64,000 bases of DNA, taken from NCBI GenBank assembly GCA_963754875.1, contig CAVWHO010000017.1, positions 64,001-128,000 of the forward strand, given 5' to 3'. This DNA comes from Nitrospirota bacterium (GTDB lineage Bacteria > Nitrospirota > UBA9217). Below the pieces are notes generated by a model. The model was not told the origin of the DNA. It saw only the letters and a program-made list of their open reading frames with translations, and ran no database searches. Position 1 is the first letter of the stretch. Each line of letters begins with the position of its first letter. This document shows positions 9,416 through 19,883 of the stretch, piece after piece. A program made the position numbers and the translations under genes.

Positions 9416-10546
9416 ATGAAAATGAACCGCATCGATGTCTCCATCGTTCGGTGTGAAGATTACGACAGCGCGAGAACGATGCTTGCTGTTCAGCAGGCCG
9501 TCGACCTCCTTGGCGGGATAGGGGAGTTTGTACAACCCGGCGACCGGGTCCTTATCAAGCCGAACCTCCTGAAAGCAAGGCCCCCGGAAGCTGCGGTAAC
9601 GACCCATCCCGAGGTCGTCCGTGCTGTCATCAGGCTTGTTCACGGGCAGGGCGGAACAGCGCTGGTGGGCGACAGCCCCGGCATGGGCGATCTGAAGAAG
9701 GTCGCCGAGAAGGCCGGCATTCTCGATGTGGTGAATGAAGAAGGAGCTCAGCTCGAGGATCTCACGGAAGCCATTCAGGTAAAAAATAACGGGAGGTTCC
9801 AGCATTTCGAGATAGCCCGCGCAGCGTACGAGGCCGATGTGCTCATCAATCTCCCGAAGCTGAAGACCCACGGAATGACAACGCTTACCGGTGCCGTGAA
9901 AAACCTGTTTGGATGCATCCCCGGGAAACGGAAGGTCCAGTGGCACTTCAATACCGGCGTGAACCATGAGCTCTTCATGGAAATGCTCCTGGAACTGTAT
10001 GCGCTTCTTAAACCGCGGCTCACCATCATGGACGCCGTCGTCGGCATGGAAGGGAACGGCCCCGGCAGCGGCGATCCGCGTCCCATCGGTGCGCTCCTCG
10101 CCGGCAGGGATGCCGTTTCGGTTGACGCGGTATCGGCCCACGTGCTCGGTGTGAAAGCGGACAAACTTCCCCTTTTGCAGGCAGCCCGGTCACACGGCAT
10201 CGGCGAAACGGACCTGAATAACATCACGCTTCTCGGCGATCCTCTAGAGAGTATCGCGGTCAAGCACTTCCGCCTCCCGCCCCAGGCCCACCTGGAATGG
10301 CAGCTTCCGGAATGGGCACGCAGTTCTCTCAAGAACGCCTTCACGACCAGACCGGTAATTGACCGCAATTTGTGTATTCAATGCGGCATCTGTCAAGGCC
10401 ACTGCCCCCAGGGTGCGATAGAAGAACGGGGAACACGGCTCGAAATCCGCTACCGCGACTGCATCCGCTGCTTCTGCTGCCAGGAATTCTGTCCCCAGGG
10501 CGCGATTACGGTTGGAAAGGGATGGGCGCTTACATTGTTGCGGTGA
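9416..10546 (+). CDS. DUF362 protein with C-terminal 2x[4Fe-4S] ferredoxin domain
   Basis: VLIKPNLL, TTHPEVV, INLPKLKTH, TGAVKNLFG, EGNGP; CIQCGICQGHCP and CIRCFCCQEFCP. Confidence 0.9.
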   Translation: MKMNRIDVSIVRCEDYDSARTMLAVQQAVDLLGGIGEFVQPGDRVLIKPNLLKARPPEAAVTTHPEVVRAVIRLVHGQGGTALVGDSPGMGDLKKVAEKAGILDVVNEEGAQLEDLTEAIQVKNNGRFQHFEIARAAYEADVLINLPKLKTHGMTTLTGAVKNLFGCIPGKRKVQWHFNTGVNHELFMEMLLELYALLKPRLTIMDAVVGMEGNGPGSGDPRPIGALLAGRDAVSVDAVSAHVLGVKADKLPLLQAARSHGIGETDLNNITLLGDPLESIAVKHFRLPPQAHLEWQLPEWARSSLKNAFTTRPVIDRNLCIQCGICQGHCPQGAIEERGTRLEIRYRDCIRCFCCQEFCPQGAITVGKGWALTLLR

Positions 10547-10668
10547 AAACAGGGAATGGTCATAACGACGATGCTTTCTGAAAGAACGCGATTTGTTAGA
10601 ACTTTCATTCAATCAACGTAATAGTCCCACTCTACCGCAGAGACGATGTCTTTTCTATTATGAGACCG

Positions 10669-13600
10669 TTAATAACTCTTCAGCACAGCGCCGAGAGCGG
10701 CCTGTAGACGGGTTAAGTTGAAGGGCTTGGGAAGTACTGCCTTGAATCCATGAGCTGTATAGTTGGACACCACGGCCTCATCCGAATAGCCGCTCGAAAC
10801 GATTGCGACGACAGCGGGATCGAACTCTCGCAGCCGCTTGATGGTTTCTTCGCCTCCCATGCCGCCGCGGATAGTGACATTCAGGATAACAACATCAAAG
10901 GGAGAACCTGTTGCCCGTGCTGATTGGTATTTCTTAATGGCCGCCTCGCCGTCCGTAACGACCTCCACTTCGTGGCCCATGTTCTGCAACATTTCTCCCA
11001 CCACATTTCTCACCACGGCCTCATCATCCATAACCAGGATCCTGCTTTTTCGCATGTCAGCAGGCGTCTTAGCCGGAGGAACAGCGCTAAGTTCAGGTTC
11101 ACTGGCTGGGAGATGAATCGTGAAAGTCGTACCCTTATTCAGTTCAGATTCCACCTCAATTGTCCCGCCATGGTTTTTGATGATAGAGTATGTTGTTGCC
11201 AAACCGAGGCCGCTCCCTTTCTGCTTAGTAGTGTAATAAGGGTCAAAGATCCTCGACAGGTGCTCCGTCGTAATACCAATACCATTGTCGCTGATGATGA
11301 TCTCTACCCACCTATCTGTCATGAGGGACGGCTTCGACGCGGAGCATCCTTCAAGATTCTTGGCGATGTTTGTTGCTTTGATTGCTATTGTGCCGCCCAT
11401 GGGCATTGCCTGATCCGCATTCAGTGTAATGTTCTGGATCACCTGCCCGATCTGGCCCTCGTCTGCCTCCACGGGCCAGAGATTGTCGTCAAGATTGATT
11501 CTGTAATCGGAGCGGGACCCGCTCAAGGCGAATTTGACGGAGTTCTCAATCAGCGACCGGAGGGCGATTTTTTTCTTGATCGGCTTGCCACCCTTGGAAA
11601 AAGTCAACAGTTGGGTGGTTAGGTTGACCGACATGTTAAGGGCTTTTTCCGCCTGTTCCAGCATGGAAAGTGCTTTCTCTCTGCTGCTGATGTTCATCCT
11701 CGCCATGGACAGGTAGCCAAAGACTCCCTGCAGAAGATTGTTGAAATCATGGGCAATTCCGCCCGCCAAGGTCCCGATAGCTTCGAGCTTCTGCGTTTTG
11801 AGCTGTTCTGCTTCTAGGAGATGCCTCTCTGTGATGTTATGGAGCGTTTCTATGGCGGACGTTACCTTGCCTGCGGCGTTTTTGAGTGGGAATGCCTTGG
11901 TCTCGATATAAAGCATGTTGCCTTTCGCATCCTTATGCTTATACACCGACACATGTGGTTCTCCGGTTTCGAACGTGCGTTTCACCGCACAATCCTCGTC
12001 TTGCTCATAACAAGGCCTTGGACTTCTGTGGGAGACCTCAAAACAGGGCCTTCCGATGATACCGGCTAGGTTTGTGTCTACCCACGAGCAATAGGCTTTG
12101 TTTGCGGTGACAATGCGGTGCTCCCGGTCGACGACCAGGAAACCTTCATCAACGCTGTCCAGAACGCTCCTTATGAACTCTTCACTCTGGCGGAGTGCTT
12201 CCGCAGCCTGCCAGCGCTCGGTAATGTCCTGCTGAATCCATATTGATCCATCTGCGAGGTTCATTGGGTTCACTGCTTTACCCGCGAGGCTGCACCAGAA
12301 GTGGCTGCCGTCTTTTCTCTTCATTTCAACCTCTGTAGCATAACCTCCGCTGGTAGCGAGATGTGCATACCCTTCCGTGCCCACACGTTCATAATCCGCA
12401 CTGTTCACATAAAAGACTGCTGTTTCCTGTCCTCTTGTCTCGCCGGGCTCATAGCCGAAGATCCTGTCGTATGCCGCATTGTTCCATTGTATCTTGCGGT
12501 CCCTGACAAAGCTGATGCCCATGGTTACGGTATCGAGAATGGTTTGCTGCTCGGTAGCTAGCTGGCTGAATTTTCCCTCAGCTCTTTTTCGCGCGGTTAT
12601 ATCGGTCAGAGTGCCGGCAGTACCCGTAGCATTATTGTTTTCATCAAGCGTCAACCGCGCCCAGACCTCAATCCACCGGAAACCTCCGTTCTTATGCAGA
12701 TAGCGGATTTCATGCCGGCAATCATGTTTCAGGCGTTCAATCAACGGCTTGAAAAGCTCAAGGTTGCGCTGTCGATCTTCGGGGTGGACATAATTCAGAA
12801 ATACCTTGTTGAGGCTTTCCTGCACATCGAATCCCGTTACTTCGGTCCAAGCGGGATTCAGGAAGAGCCAATGTCCCTCCGCGTCGGTGCGGAAGACAAC
12901 CTCCTTGAGATTGTCAACAATGAAACGATATTTCTCCTCACTCTTCTTCAGTGCAAGTTCAAATCGCTTGCGCTCGGTAATGTCACGGACAATAAATACT
13001 ATTTTGGTTGGTTGCCCGTCTGCACCACGAATGAGCTCGCTATTTACCTCTATATCAATAATGCTTCTATCCTTCCTCACTCCATGGTATTCATTTGGCC
13101 CTTGATAATCCCCTTGGAACATTTGCATGATGTTGGATCGGGCTCGCTCAAGATCCTCGGGCACTATGAAATCGTAAATCCGTAAGTTTTGAAATGTATA
13201 CCCCCGTTCGTAACCGAAAATTGTATATGCCGCGGGGGAAACCATGAGGAGGCGACCCTCCAGATCCGTGATAGTGATGTCATCGGGAGAGGCGGTGAGG
13301 ATAGAGCGATATGTTTCTTCGCTTTCCCGAAGCGCCTCTTCAGCCAGCTTACGCTCGGTGATGTCTTGCAAAGTTTCGATGGCTGCGATTAACTCACCTT
13401 TGCTGCCATACACAGGGCCGGAATCGAAGAGGATAAATCTGTCCTTGCCGTTCAGATTTTGATACCAACCTTCCGCATACAGCGCACTCGGTGACAGAGC
13501 GGATTTTCCATACATGGGATATAAGTCCGGCAATCCACTAAAATCGGCCTCAAGCACGATGTCAGCAAGGCATGGCCGTTTACGTTCATAAAATGGTTTC

Positions 13601-13788
13601 CACTGGTTGTCCGTTCCAATCATTTGAGAGGCTGGAAAGCCGGTAAGCTCAGTGCATGCCCTGTTCCAGATTACGACCCTGTGGTCCGTATCCAGGACAA
13701 AGGTAGCAACAGCAGAATGTTCTATCAAAGTTTCGGCAAACTTTCGATCTTCATGGGGAGTTTCATCAGCACGCTTGCGTTCAGTCAT
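10669..13788 (-). CDS. multi-PAS hybrid sensor histidine kinase (receiver has Asn at the phosphoacceptor position)
   Basis: five PAS/PAC units ending DITE(R/A); H-box GGIAHDFNNLL; N/G1/F/G2 boxes; C-terminal receiver FDVVILNVT. Confidence 0.93.
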   Translation of the reverse strand: MTERKRADETPHEDRKFAETLIEHSAVATFVLDTDHRVVIWNRACTELTGFPASQMIGTDNQWKPFYERKRPCLADIVLEADFSGLPDLYPMYGKSALSPSALYAEGWYQNLNGKDRFILFDSGPVYGSKGELIAAIETLQDITERKLAEEALRESEETYRSILTASPDDITITDLEGRLLMVSPAAYTIFGYERGYTFQNLRIYDFIVPEDLERARSNIMQMFQGDYQGPNEYHGVRKDRSIIDIEVNSELIRGADGQPTKIVFIVRDITERKRFELALKKSEEKYRFIVDNLKEVVFRTDAEGHWLFLNPAWTEVTGFDVQESLNKVFLNYVHPEDRQRNLELFKPLIERLKHDCRHEIRYLHKNGGFRWIEVWARLTLDENNNATGTAGTLTDITARKRAEGKFSQLATEQQTILDTVTMGISFVRDRKIQWNNAAYDRIFGYEPGETRGQETAVFYVNSADYERVGTEGYAHLATSGGYATEVEMKRKDGSHFWCSLAGKAVNPMNLADGSIWIQQDITERWQAAEALRQSEEFIRSVLDSVDEGFLVVDREHRIVTANKAYCSWVDTNLAGIIGRPCFEVSHRSPRPCYEQDEDCAVKRTFETGEPHVSVYKHKDAKGNMLYIETKAFPLKNAAGKVTSAIETLHNITERHLLEAEQLKTQKLEAIGTLAGGIAHDFNNLLQGVFGYLSMARMNISSREKALSMLEQAEKALNMSVNLTTQLLTFSKGGKPIKKKIALRSLIENSVKFALSGSRSDYRINLDDNLWPVEADEGQIGQVIQNITLNADQAMPMGGTIAIKATNIAKNLEGCSASKPSLMTDRWVEIIISDNGIGITTEHLSRIFDPYYTTKQKGSGLGLATTYSIIKNHGGTIEVESELNKGTTFTIHLPASEPELSAVPPAKTPADMRKSRILVMDDEAVVRNVVGEMLQNMGHEVEVVTDGEAAIKKYQSARATGSPFDVVILNVTIRGGMGGEETIKRLREFDPAVVAIVSSGYSDEAVVSNYTAHGFKAVLPKPFNLTRLQAALGAVLKSY

Positions 13789-14053
13789 GATATGCTTACC
13801 TCTACGAGCCTACTTCTGTATGAGTTAACAATTAATTGAGAAGTTTTCGGCATTATACAAAATTGGATTTCGGGTGTCACATGAATAATTCTATGCTCGG
13901 TGGCAACGACTATGCTTGCTCTTTATGCGCCTGGATGTGCCATCTCCCTCGCTCCTTGTCCAATTTATTGCATCCTATCCTACCATATCGAATAAGAATT
14001 GTCGGACAACCTGCTTGACGCGGGGTTCATGACTTAAATATCATAATTTTATC

Positions 14054-14082
14054 TTGATTTTATCATAATTTGATGATAGCAT
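14054..14082 (+). promoter_or_regulatory. sigma70-like promoter with palindromic operator for the TA operon
   Basis: TTGATT(14054)-17 nt-TAGCAT(14077); TATCAT-N6-ATGATA palindrome at 14061-14078. Confidence 0.6.
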
Positions 14083-14107
14083 TCCTTTAGCAGAAAGGAG
14101 ACGAACA

Positions 14108-14377
14108 ATGCCCATAATCAAGCCCATATCAAGCTTGCGAAACAAAACCAGGGAAATCGCTTCCCTCTGCCATGATCAGGACGAACCGGTTTATCTGACC
14201 ACAAACGGTGAAGGCGACCTGGTCGTCATGAGCATCGAGCACTACGAAAAACTGAATGCGAAGATCGATCTTTTCGAAAAGCTCTCCATGGCGCAGGCGC
14301 AATCAGCGGCTGGCGAAAAGGGGATCACTCATTCACAGATGATGCAAAAACTACGACAACGCGCCCATGTCAGATAA
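14108..14377 (+). CDS. Phd/YefM-family antitoxin
   Basis: IIKPISSLRN...EPVYLTTNGEGDLVVMSIEHYE; RBS AAGGAG; overlaps toxin gene. Confidence 0.92.
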   Translation: MPIIKPISSLRNKTREIASLCHDQDEPVYLTTNGEGDLVVMSIEHYEKLNAKIDLFEKLSMAQAQSAAGEKGITHSQMMQKLRQRAHVR

Positions 14378-14672
14378 GCACACGGTCCGCTACCTTCCGG
14401 TTGCCGAGGATGACTTGCTCTTTATCTATGACTGGATCGCAGGCGATAGCCCGGCCAGGGCGGTCACCTTCACGGAAAAGCTGGGCAAACGGATCGGCGC
14501 TCTCGCGGCCAACCCGGATCTTGGTCGGGTGCCCAAACATGAAAAACTTGCGGGATATGGATACCGGGTTCTCGTCATCGAATCCTACCTCGTATTCTAC
14601 GTGATCCGTGGCCGCATCATAGAAATCCACAGAGTTGTTCATGGTTCGCGCCATCTCGACGATATCGTCTAG
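14367..14672 (+). CDS. RelE/ParE-family toxin
   Basis: AEDDL..IYDWIA.DSP..A, GYRVLVIESYLVFY, IHRVVHGSR. Confidence 0.92.
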   Translation: MSDKHTVRYLPVAEDDLLFIYDWIAGDSPARAVTFTEKLGKRIGALAANPDLGRVPKHEKLAGYGYRVLVIESYLVFYVIRGRIIEIHRVVHGSRHLDDIV

Positions 14673-14786
14673 GAAGTATTTTCCCTGAAAACTTATCTTA
14701 CACTGCATAATACAAATGGGACTGTGTGGTCACCTGAAGAGGTGGTACACCTGGAAGGATTCACCGAATCGGCAAAACATTCAGCA

Positions 14787-15668
14787 TTACCTGCGCTCTC
14801 CCGTTTCATCCGATCCATCACCGTCAGTGTCGAAATCTTCCAAGCCGCGGTCGTCATCTTCGTCTATCTCGAATATCTGCTCGGCCGGCCGTTCTTTCGG
14901 TTCCTCACCGCGGCCCAGAAGCTCCCGGTACACGAGAGGCTTGACAGTTGTTGGAAGGAGTGGGTCCGCATAGAGCTCCCTGAGTTCCTGTAATTTCATG
15001 TTTTGCAGGAAACGTTCGGTAAGGGTCAGGGGCGTCTGCCTGTTTCTGGCCAGTGCATACCGGACCAGCGGTCTGCTCGACCAGGTCTGGTGCACGGCGA
15101 TCAGTCGAATGGTTTCCGCATAGGTGTCCCTGAGGTTGATGACCTTGAAGAGGTGGCTTTCCTGCAGGCGAGGATTGTTGAGGCAAAGCGCGGCCACGTC
15201 GGCATCTGCATCCTGCAGCAGCTTCAAGAGGACATTTCCCACGGCCATTTTGGCCAGAGACTTCTTGTACCCCAGCGGCATGGTCGGTATCCGTTCGATG
15301 ACAATGGCCTCCACCTTGTGGCGAAAGACGGGCGGGATGTGATGACTGCGGGTCATCTCCGCGATGTCGAAGAGGCGCAAATAGCGGACGATGGAAAGCG
15401 ATACCGAGAGCGGCGTTTTCGGGTTTTTCGCGAGCGCGAGACGGATGGGATAACTCTCTGCCCATTTTCCGCTCTTGGCGATCGCATCGAGTACCTCAGG
15501 AGGCACGTTTTTCCTGTTTGCGATGATCAGTACATCGTCTTCCCGCAGTTTCTTGTTGTCGAGCAGCGCCTTGATCACCCGGGGGGAAGGATCATGCACG
15601 AACTTGGCAAGGCCCTCTTCGTCAACCGAAACGGCCAGCAGTGATCTTTCTTCTTCCGTCGCGTCCAT
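14787..15668 (-). CDS. helical-repeat (LRV/HEAT-like) hypothetical protein
   Basis: repeated ALAKNPKTP / ALARNRQTP / LLDNKKL / LNNPRL motifs; acidic tail. Confidence 0.7.
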   Translation of the reverse strand: MDATEEERSLLAVSVDEEGLAKFVHDPSPRVIKALLDNKKLREDDVLIIANRKNVPPEVLDAIAKSGKWAESYPIRLALAKNPKTPLSVSLSIVRYLRLFDIAEMTRSHHIPPVFRHKVEAIVIERIPTMPLGYKKSLAKMAVGNVLLKLLQDADADVAALCLNNPRLQESHLFKVINLRDTYAETIRLIAVHQTWSSRPLVRYALARNRQTPLTLTERFLQNMKLQELRELYADPLLPTTVKPLVYRELLGRGEEPKERPAEQIFEIDEDDDRGLEDFDTDGDGSDETGERR

Positions 15669-15792
15669 GTTTTTATTATACGGGTTTTCAAAAGTATTGA
15701 CAAACGGTAACATTTTCTGTATTTTTATATCTCAACAACATGAATTTTAATGGTTTTCAGACCTCACGCTTTGCCGTATTGCGAGGGTTGCA

Positions 15793-16329
15793 ATGGAACG
15801 TACGCTCCTCCTGAATGCAACATTTGAACCGTTAAAGATCATATCGTGGCAGAGGGCGATCACCTTGCTGACGCAGGGCAAGGTGGAAGTCATCGATTTC
15901 TACGATCGTGACGTCCGCGGTGTGTCCATCACGTTCAAACTTCCCTCTATCCTGCGTCTGCTCAAACTGGTGAAAATCAGGCGCAGCACCAGGGAAGTCC
16001 GCTTCTCTCGCGCAAACATCTATCAACGGGACAAATACACCTGCCAGTACTGCGGCGTGAAACATCCCGCCGAGGACCTGACCTTCGACCATGTTATTCC
16101 CCAGGTTCAGGGCGGTCAGGCCTCATGGGAAAATATCGTGACCGCATGCCTTGCCTGCAACAACAGGAAGGGCGGCAGGACCCCGCAGGAAGCGAAGATG
16201 CGGCTGGTCCGGCTACCTGCAAAGCCCCGTTGGATGCCAGTCGTCACCCTGACGTTCGGCATAAAAAACGCCCCCCTCAGCTGGCGGGACTACCTCTACT
16301 GGAACGTCGAACTGAACAAGGACGGTTAG
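15793..16329 (+). CDS. HNH endonuclease (stand-alone McrA-like type)
   Basis: LLLNATFEPL N-terminus; RDKYTCQYCG...LTFDHVIP...GG..SWENIVTACLACNNRKG. Confidence 0.92.
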   Translation: MERTLLLNATFEPLKIISWQRAITLLTQGKVEVIDFYDRDVRGVSITFKLPSILRLLKLVKIRRSTREVRFSRANIYQRDKYTCQYCGVKHPAEDLTFDHVIPQVQGGQASWENIVTACLACNNRKGGRTPQEAKMRLVRLPAKPRWMPVVTLTFGIKNAPLSWRDYLYWNVELNKDG

Positions 16330-16506
16330 CAGGCCCGCAGGTAGAGCGAACACAAACCACGTTCGTAGTGCGCCGGTAGCATGCTCGTTCCCTGTCTATT
16401 TTCCCCCTGTGCGGCCGCCTTCCCCTTTTTTTCTTGTCAACAATCGGGTTTGATGCTATAGTTCCAAGCGTCGCTTGGAGGGTAATGCACGTAGGAGGCA
16501 AAGAAA

Positions 16507-17139
16507 ATGAAAAAAAGTTTCTTCTTCATCGTCGTGATCGGAGCCGTGCTGATGCTGTCAGCCGGCAGAGCATCTGCATTCAGGCATTTTTCGGAAAATG
16601 AATTCATGACCGCGGAGAGCCTCGACCCCGGTATGACGCAGACAGGGATCGATTTTACGCTGGGCGATCATTTCACGAGCTACTACCCGGAGATACGCTA
16701 CGGAATGGGGGCATTGCTGGAGCTCGGCGTCCGGTTCGGAGCAACCCAGGCACGGCTCGATAACGGACAAAACCTCGGTGTCCTTGTGGGGGCTGATCTC
16801 AAGTACCAGCTCATAAAGGAGGCCGAAGGCATCCCTGTTGATCTTTCCGTGGATTTGGGCCTGGATAACACCATCATCAGCAGCAAGAACGCCAGCGAAT
16901 TGACCTTTGCGACGATTGCCAGCAAGAGCATCCCCCTGACGGACCGTGGGTACAAGATCGTGCCCTATGGCGGGCTGGCGATGTCGGCCCAGTATGGATC
17001 GCTCCCCGGCAAGAACGAATCCTACGTGAATGGCTTCGTGGGCCTCGAATGGAAACTGACCCAGAAATTCATGGTCCTCCTCGAGTTGAAGGCGGGTGAC
17101 CAGATGACGGGCGGAGCTGGTATCAAATTTGAGTATTAA
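16507..17139 (+). CDS. exported, probable outer-membrane beta-barrel protein
   Basis: signal peptide ending ASA; alternating beta-strand pattern; C-terminal aromatic (IKFEY). Confidence 0.7.
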   Translation: MKKSFFFIVVIGAVLMLSAGRASAFRHFSENEFMTAESLDPGMTQTGIDFTLGDHFTSYYPEIRYGMGALLELGVRFGATQARLDNGQNLGVLVGADLKYQLIKEAEGIPVDLSVDLGLDNTIISSKNASELTFATIASKSIPLTDRGYKIVPYGGLAMSAQYGSLPGKNESYVNGFVGLEWKLTQKFMVLLELKAGDQMTGGAGIKFEY

Positions 17140-17234
17140 TATTTTTCGCATTGCTGACGGGCCATTAGGCCCAGCTCGTTCCTCCTCGCCGCACTGGTCA
17201 GTCAACTCGCGTGCGCATGATTGGTAAGAACTCC

Positions 17235-17720
17235 ATGACTCATTCGTTATCAGGGAATATTCAGGGAAATCCCCTTTCCGACATCCTCGAAGACTTGCGC
17301 AAGAGGAAGGCCACAGGCACGCTGACCGTGAAGAGAGACAAGGTCACGAAGAGCATTTATGTCAGGGACGGCCAGATAGTTTTTGCCACATCGACGGAGG
17401 TCCAGGATCGTCTCGGTGAAATTCTGGTCAAAACGGGCAAGCTTACGCAGGAAAACATGGACTATGCCCTCAAACTGTACAACAAGAGCGGCGGATTGAA
17501 AAAAATGGGAGCAGTCCTGGTAGAAAACGGCCTCGTTACTCCCAAGGAGTTGTTCGGCGGTTTGAAAATCCAGGTAAAAGACATCATCTACAGTCTTTTT
17601 CTCTGGCAGGACGGTGAATATAAATTCGATGAGCGACTGCCTGCGGACATCATCCAGCTGCAGATAAATTTTCAGGAGCTGATATCGGAGATCATTCAGA
17701 GGATCAAGCACGCTAGCTGA
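17235..17720 (+). CDS. DUF4388 (PatA N-terminal-like) domain protein
   Basis: SGNIQGNPLSDIL...ATGTLTV...IYVRDGQIVFA...RLGEILV...LFLWQDGEYKF. Confidence 0.85.
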   Translation: MTHSLSGNIQGNPLSDILEDLRKRKATGTLTVKRDKVTKSIYVRDGQIVFATSTEVQDRLGEILVKTGKLTQENMDYALKLYNKSGGLKKMGAVLVENGLVTPKELFGGLKIQVKDIIYSLFLWQDGEYKFDERLPADIIQLQINFQELISEIIQRIKHAS

Positions 17721-17849
17721 AACGTGCGGCAGCGCCTCTTCAAAATCATGCGGTAGCCCCTGTCAAACCCCGTGAATGCCAACTTTTTCAGTTGTCCTTT
17801 CGTGCAATTGCAGGTATAATTTCTTCCGACCTCGCAGGAAATCCGGAGA

Positions 17850-18425
17850 TTGCTGGTGAAATCCCTGAAGCATAATTCTTTCCCCGAAATGGCTGAGCGG
17901 GTGTGCGCCCTGTATAACGAAGAGCAGGACACGCTCCTTCTCGGGATGCTCGGACAGGAGTACGAAATCAGGCATGACGGCATTTTTATCCGCAGCCAGA
18001 AGGCGCCGGGTACCCACGGGGCCGTGATCATTGATTACCTGTTCTCAAAGGGGACGGCCAGTACCATGATGCCATGGCGGACCCTGGGCGACTTCGGCGA
18101 TGCACTGACGCCGGGGTTCCGAAAAAAAGTGGAAGACCCGATCTCCTCGTTTACAACGAAAATCATCACACGTGCGAACAATCTTCTGCCCATGCTGGAT
18201 GCCAAACCAGCGCCCAGCCTCATCGGCAGCGACCTCGCCGTCACGGTTCGCGCCCTTCCCAAGGTATTTCTCCATATCGAGCTTTCGCAAGAAACGCAGG
18301 ATTTTCCCGCTGAGGCCTGGATGCTTTTTTCGCACAATGCAAACGAGTTCCTGACCGTGCCCAACCTTCACGTACTCGCAGAGATATTCAAAGAAAGGCT
18401 CCTGAGCCTGCTCAGGATCTATTGA
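17850..18425 (+). CDS. DUF3786-like hypothetical protein
   Basis: RALPKVFL...DFPAEAWMLF..NANEFL resembles DUF3786; start codon uncertain. Confidence 0.65.
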   Translation: MLVKSLKHNSFPEMAERVCALYNEEQDTLLLGMLGQEYEIRHDGIFIRSQKAPGTHGAVIIDYLFSKGTASTMMPWRTLGDFGDALTPGFRKKVEDPISSFTTKIITRANNLLPMLDAKPAPSLIGSDLAVTVRALPKVFLHIELSQETQDFPAEAWMLFSHNANEFLTVPNLHVLAEIFKERLLSLLRIY

Positions 18426-18447
18426 CACCGCCCATGCGGAATGCGAA

Positions 18448-19176
18448 ATGCAAAAAGAGAAGTTGACCGCTGCAGATAGGTTTGTCCTGGCCCTGGACGT
18501 TGAGAACGACCAGGAGGCCCTGGGCATCGTCTCCGAACTCAAGGATTCGGTCGGGATGTTCAAGGTCGGGCACCAGCTCTTTACTGCGTACGGTCCGGAT
18601 ATCGTCCGCAGGATCATCAGCATGGGCGGCCGCGTTTTTCTCGACCTCAAATATCATGACATCCCGAACACGGTCGCAAAAGCATCGGCAGAGGCGGTCA
18701 AACTCGGGGTGAGCATATTTAATGTCCACGCCCTCGGCGGACTGGACATGATGAAGGCCTCTGCTGAATCGACGAAAGAAGCGGCGGTCAAGTACGGGCT
18801 GCCGTCGCCGATCGTGCTTGCGGTCACCATTCTCACGAGCATGGATGAAAAAAACCTTCGGAAGGAGCTGAAAATAACTCGGTCGCTCCAGCGGGAGGTG
18901 TCGCACCTGGCGAGACTTGCGCAGCGCGCGGGCATGCACGGCGTGGTCGCCTCGCCCCAGGAAATAAAAATGCTGCGCAGGGCAGTCCGCGGACAGTTCG
19001 TCATCCTTACGCCCGGCGTGCGGCCTGACTGGGCCGGCAAGGACGACCAGAAAAGAATCATGACGCCAAGAGAGGCCGTTGCCGCAGGCGCAGACTACCT
19101 TGTCGTTGGCAGGCCGGTGCTCAGGGCGGCAGACCGCCGGGCGGCGGTGGGAAAGATACTGGAAGAGATAGGATAA
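18448..19176 (+). CDS. pyrF: orotidine-5'-phosphate decarboxylase
   Basis: LALDV, FKVG, FLDLKYHDIPNTV, LTPGVRP, DDQKRIMTP, VVGRP. Confidence 0.97.
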   Translation: MQKEKLTAADRFVLALDVENDQEALGIVSELKDSVGMFKVGHQLFTAYGPDIVRRIISMGGRVFLDLKYHDIPNTVAKASAEAVKLGVSIFNVHALGGLDMMKASAESTKEAAVKYGLPSPIVLAVTILTSMDEKNLRKELKITRSLQREVSHLARLAQRAGMHGVVASPQEIKMLRRAVRGQFVILTPGVRPDWAGKDDQKRIMTPREAVAAGADYLVVGRPVLRAADRRAAVGKILEEIG

Positions 19177-19307
19177 TTTAAAAACACGTCGAAAGGCTGA
19201 AAATTCGGATTAGCGGCAGGGATCAGAATGCAAAAACAGACCCGAACGTAAACTTCGGCTTATTCCGGGAATCTGAGCTCCCCCTCTACAAGGAGTTACG
19301 GCGAATT

Positions 19308-19883
19308 ATGACATCAGATCAGGTACTGGACATCTACAAGAAAACGGGTGCATTGCTCACCGGACATTTTCTGCTTTCCTCGGGACTGCACAGCGAACAA
19401 TATCTTCAGTCCGCCCTGGTACTCCAACAGCCGGACATCGCAACCAAGCTGTGCGCGGCCCTTGCGGAACAATTCAAAAATTCCCGCATTGGGGTCGTCA
19501 TCGCCCCGGCGCTCGGGGGAGTATTTGTCTCCCACGAAACGGCACGGGCGCTCGGCGTCCGGGCGATCTTTGCCGAGCGCGTGAACGGAGAACTGACGCT
19601 TCGGCGGGGGTTTACCATCAAAGCGGGAGAGCGCGTGCTTGTCGTTGAGGACGTCATCACCACCGGCAAGTCCACCAGGGAGACCATCGAAGTCGTAAAG
19701 CAGGCGGGCGGAGTCGTCGTCGCTGCCGCATCTCTCGTGGACCGTTCGGGCGGGAAAGCCGATATCGGCGTGCCCTATAAATCCCTCGTGACGCTGAGCG
19801 TGCCGACCTATTCAGCGGAGGCCTGTCCAATGTGCAAATCAGGAAGCACCCCCATCAAACCGGGCAGCAGGGGACTGAAGTAA
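19308..19883 (+). CDS. pyrE: orotate phosphoribosyltransferase
   Basis: GHFLLSSGLHS; PRPP motif VLVVEDVITTGKS; C-terminal CPMC..KPGSR. Confidence 0.96.
   Translation: MTSDQVLDIYKKTGALLTGHFLLSSGLHSEQYLQSALVLQQPDIATKLCAALAEQFKNSRIGVVIAPALGGVFVSHETARALGVRAIFAERVNGELTLRRGFTIKAGERVLVVEDVITTGKSTRETIEVVKQAGGVVVAAASLVDRSGGKADIGVPYKSLVTLSVPTYSAEACPMCKSGSTPIKPGSRGLK

Noticed and set aside
15793..16400. HNH gene with downstream hairpins as an IscB/HEARO-type RNA-guided system
   Set aside because: No PLMP or split RuvC motifs; the protein is the common stand-alone LNATFEPL-type HNH; the hairpins are short and not diagnostic.
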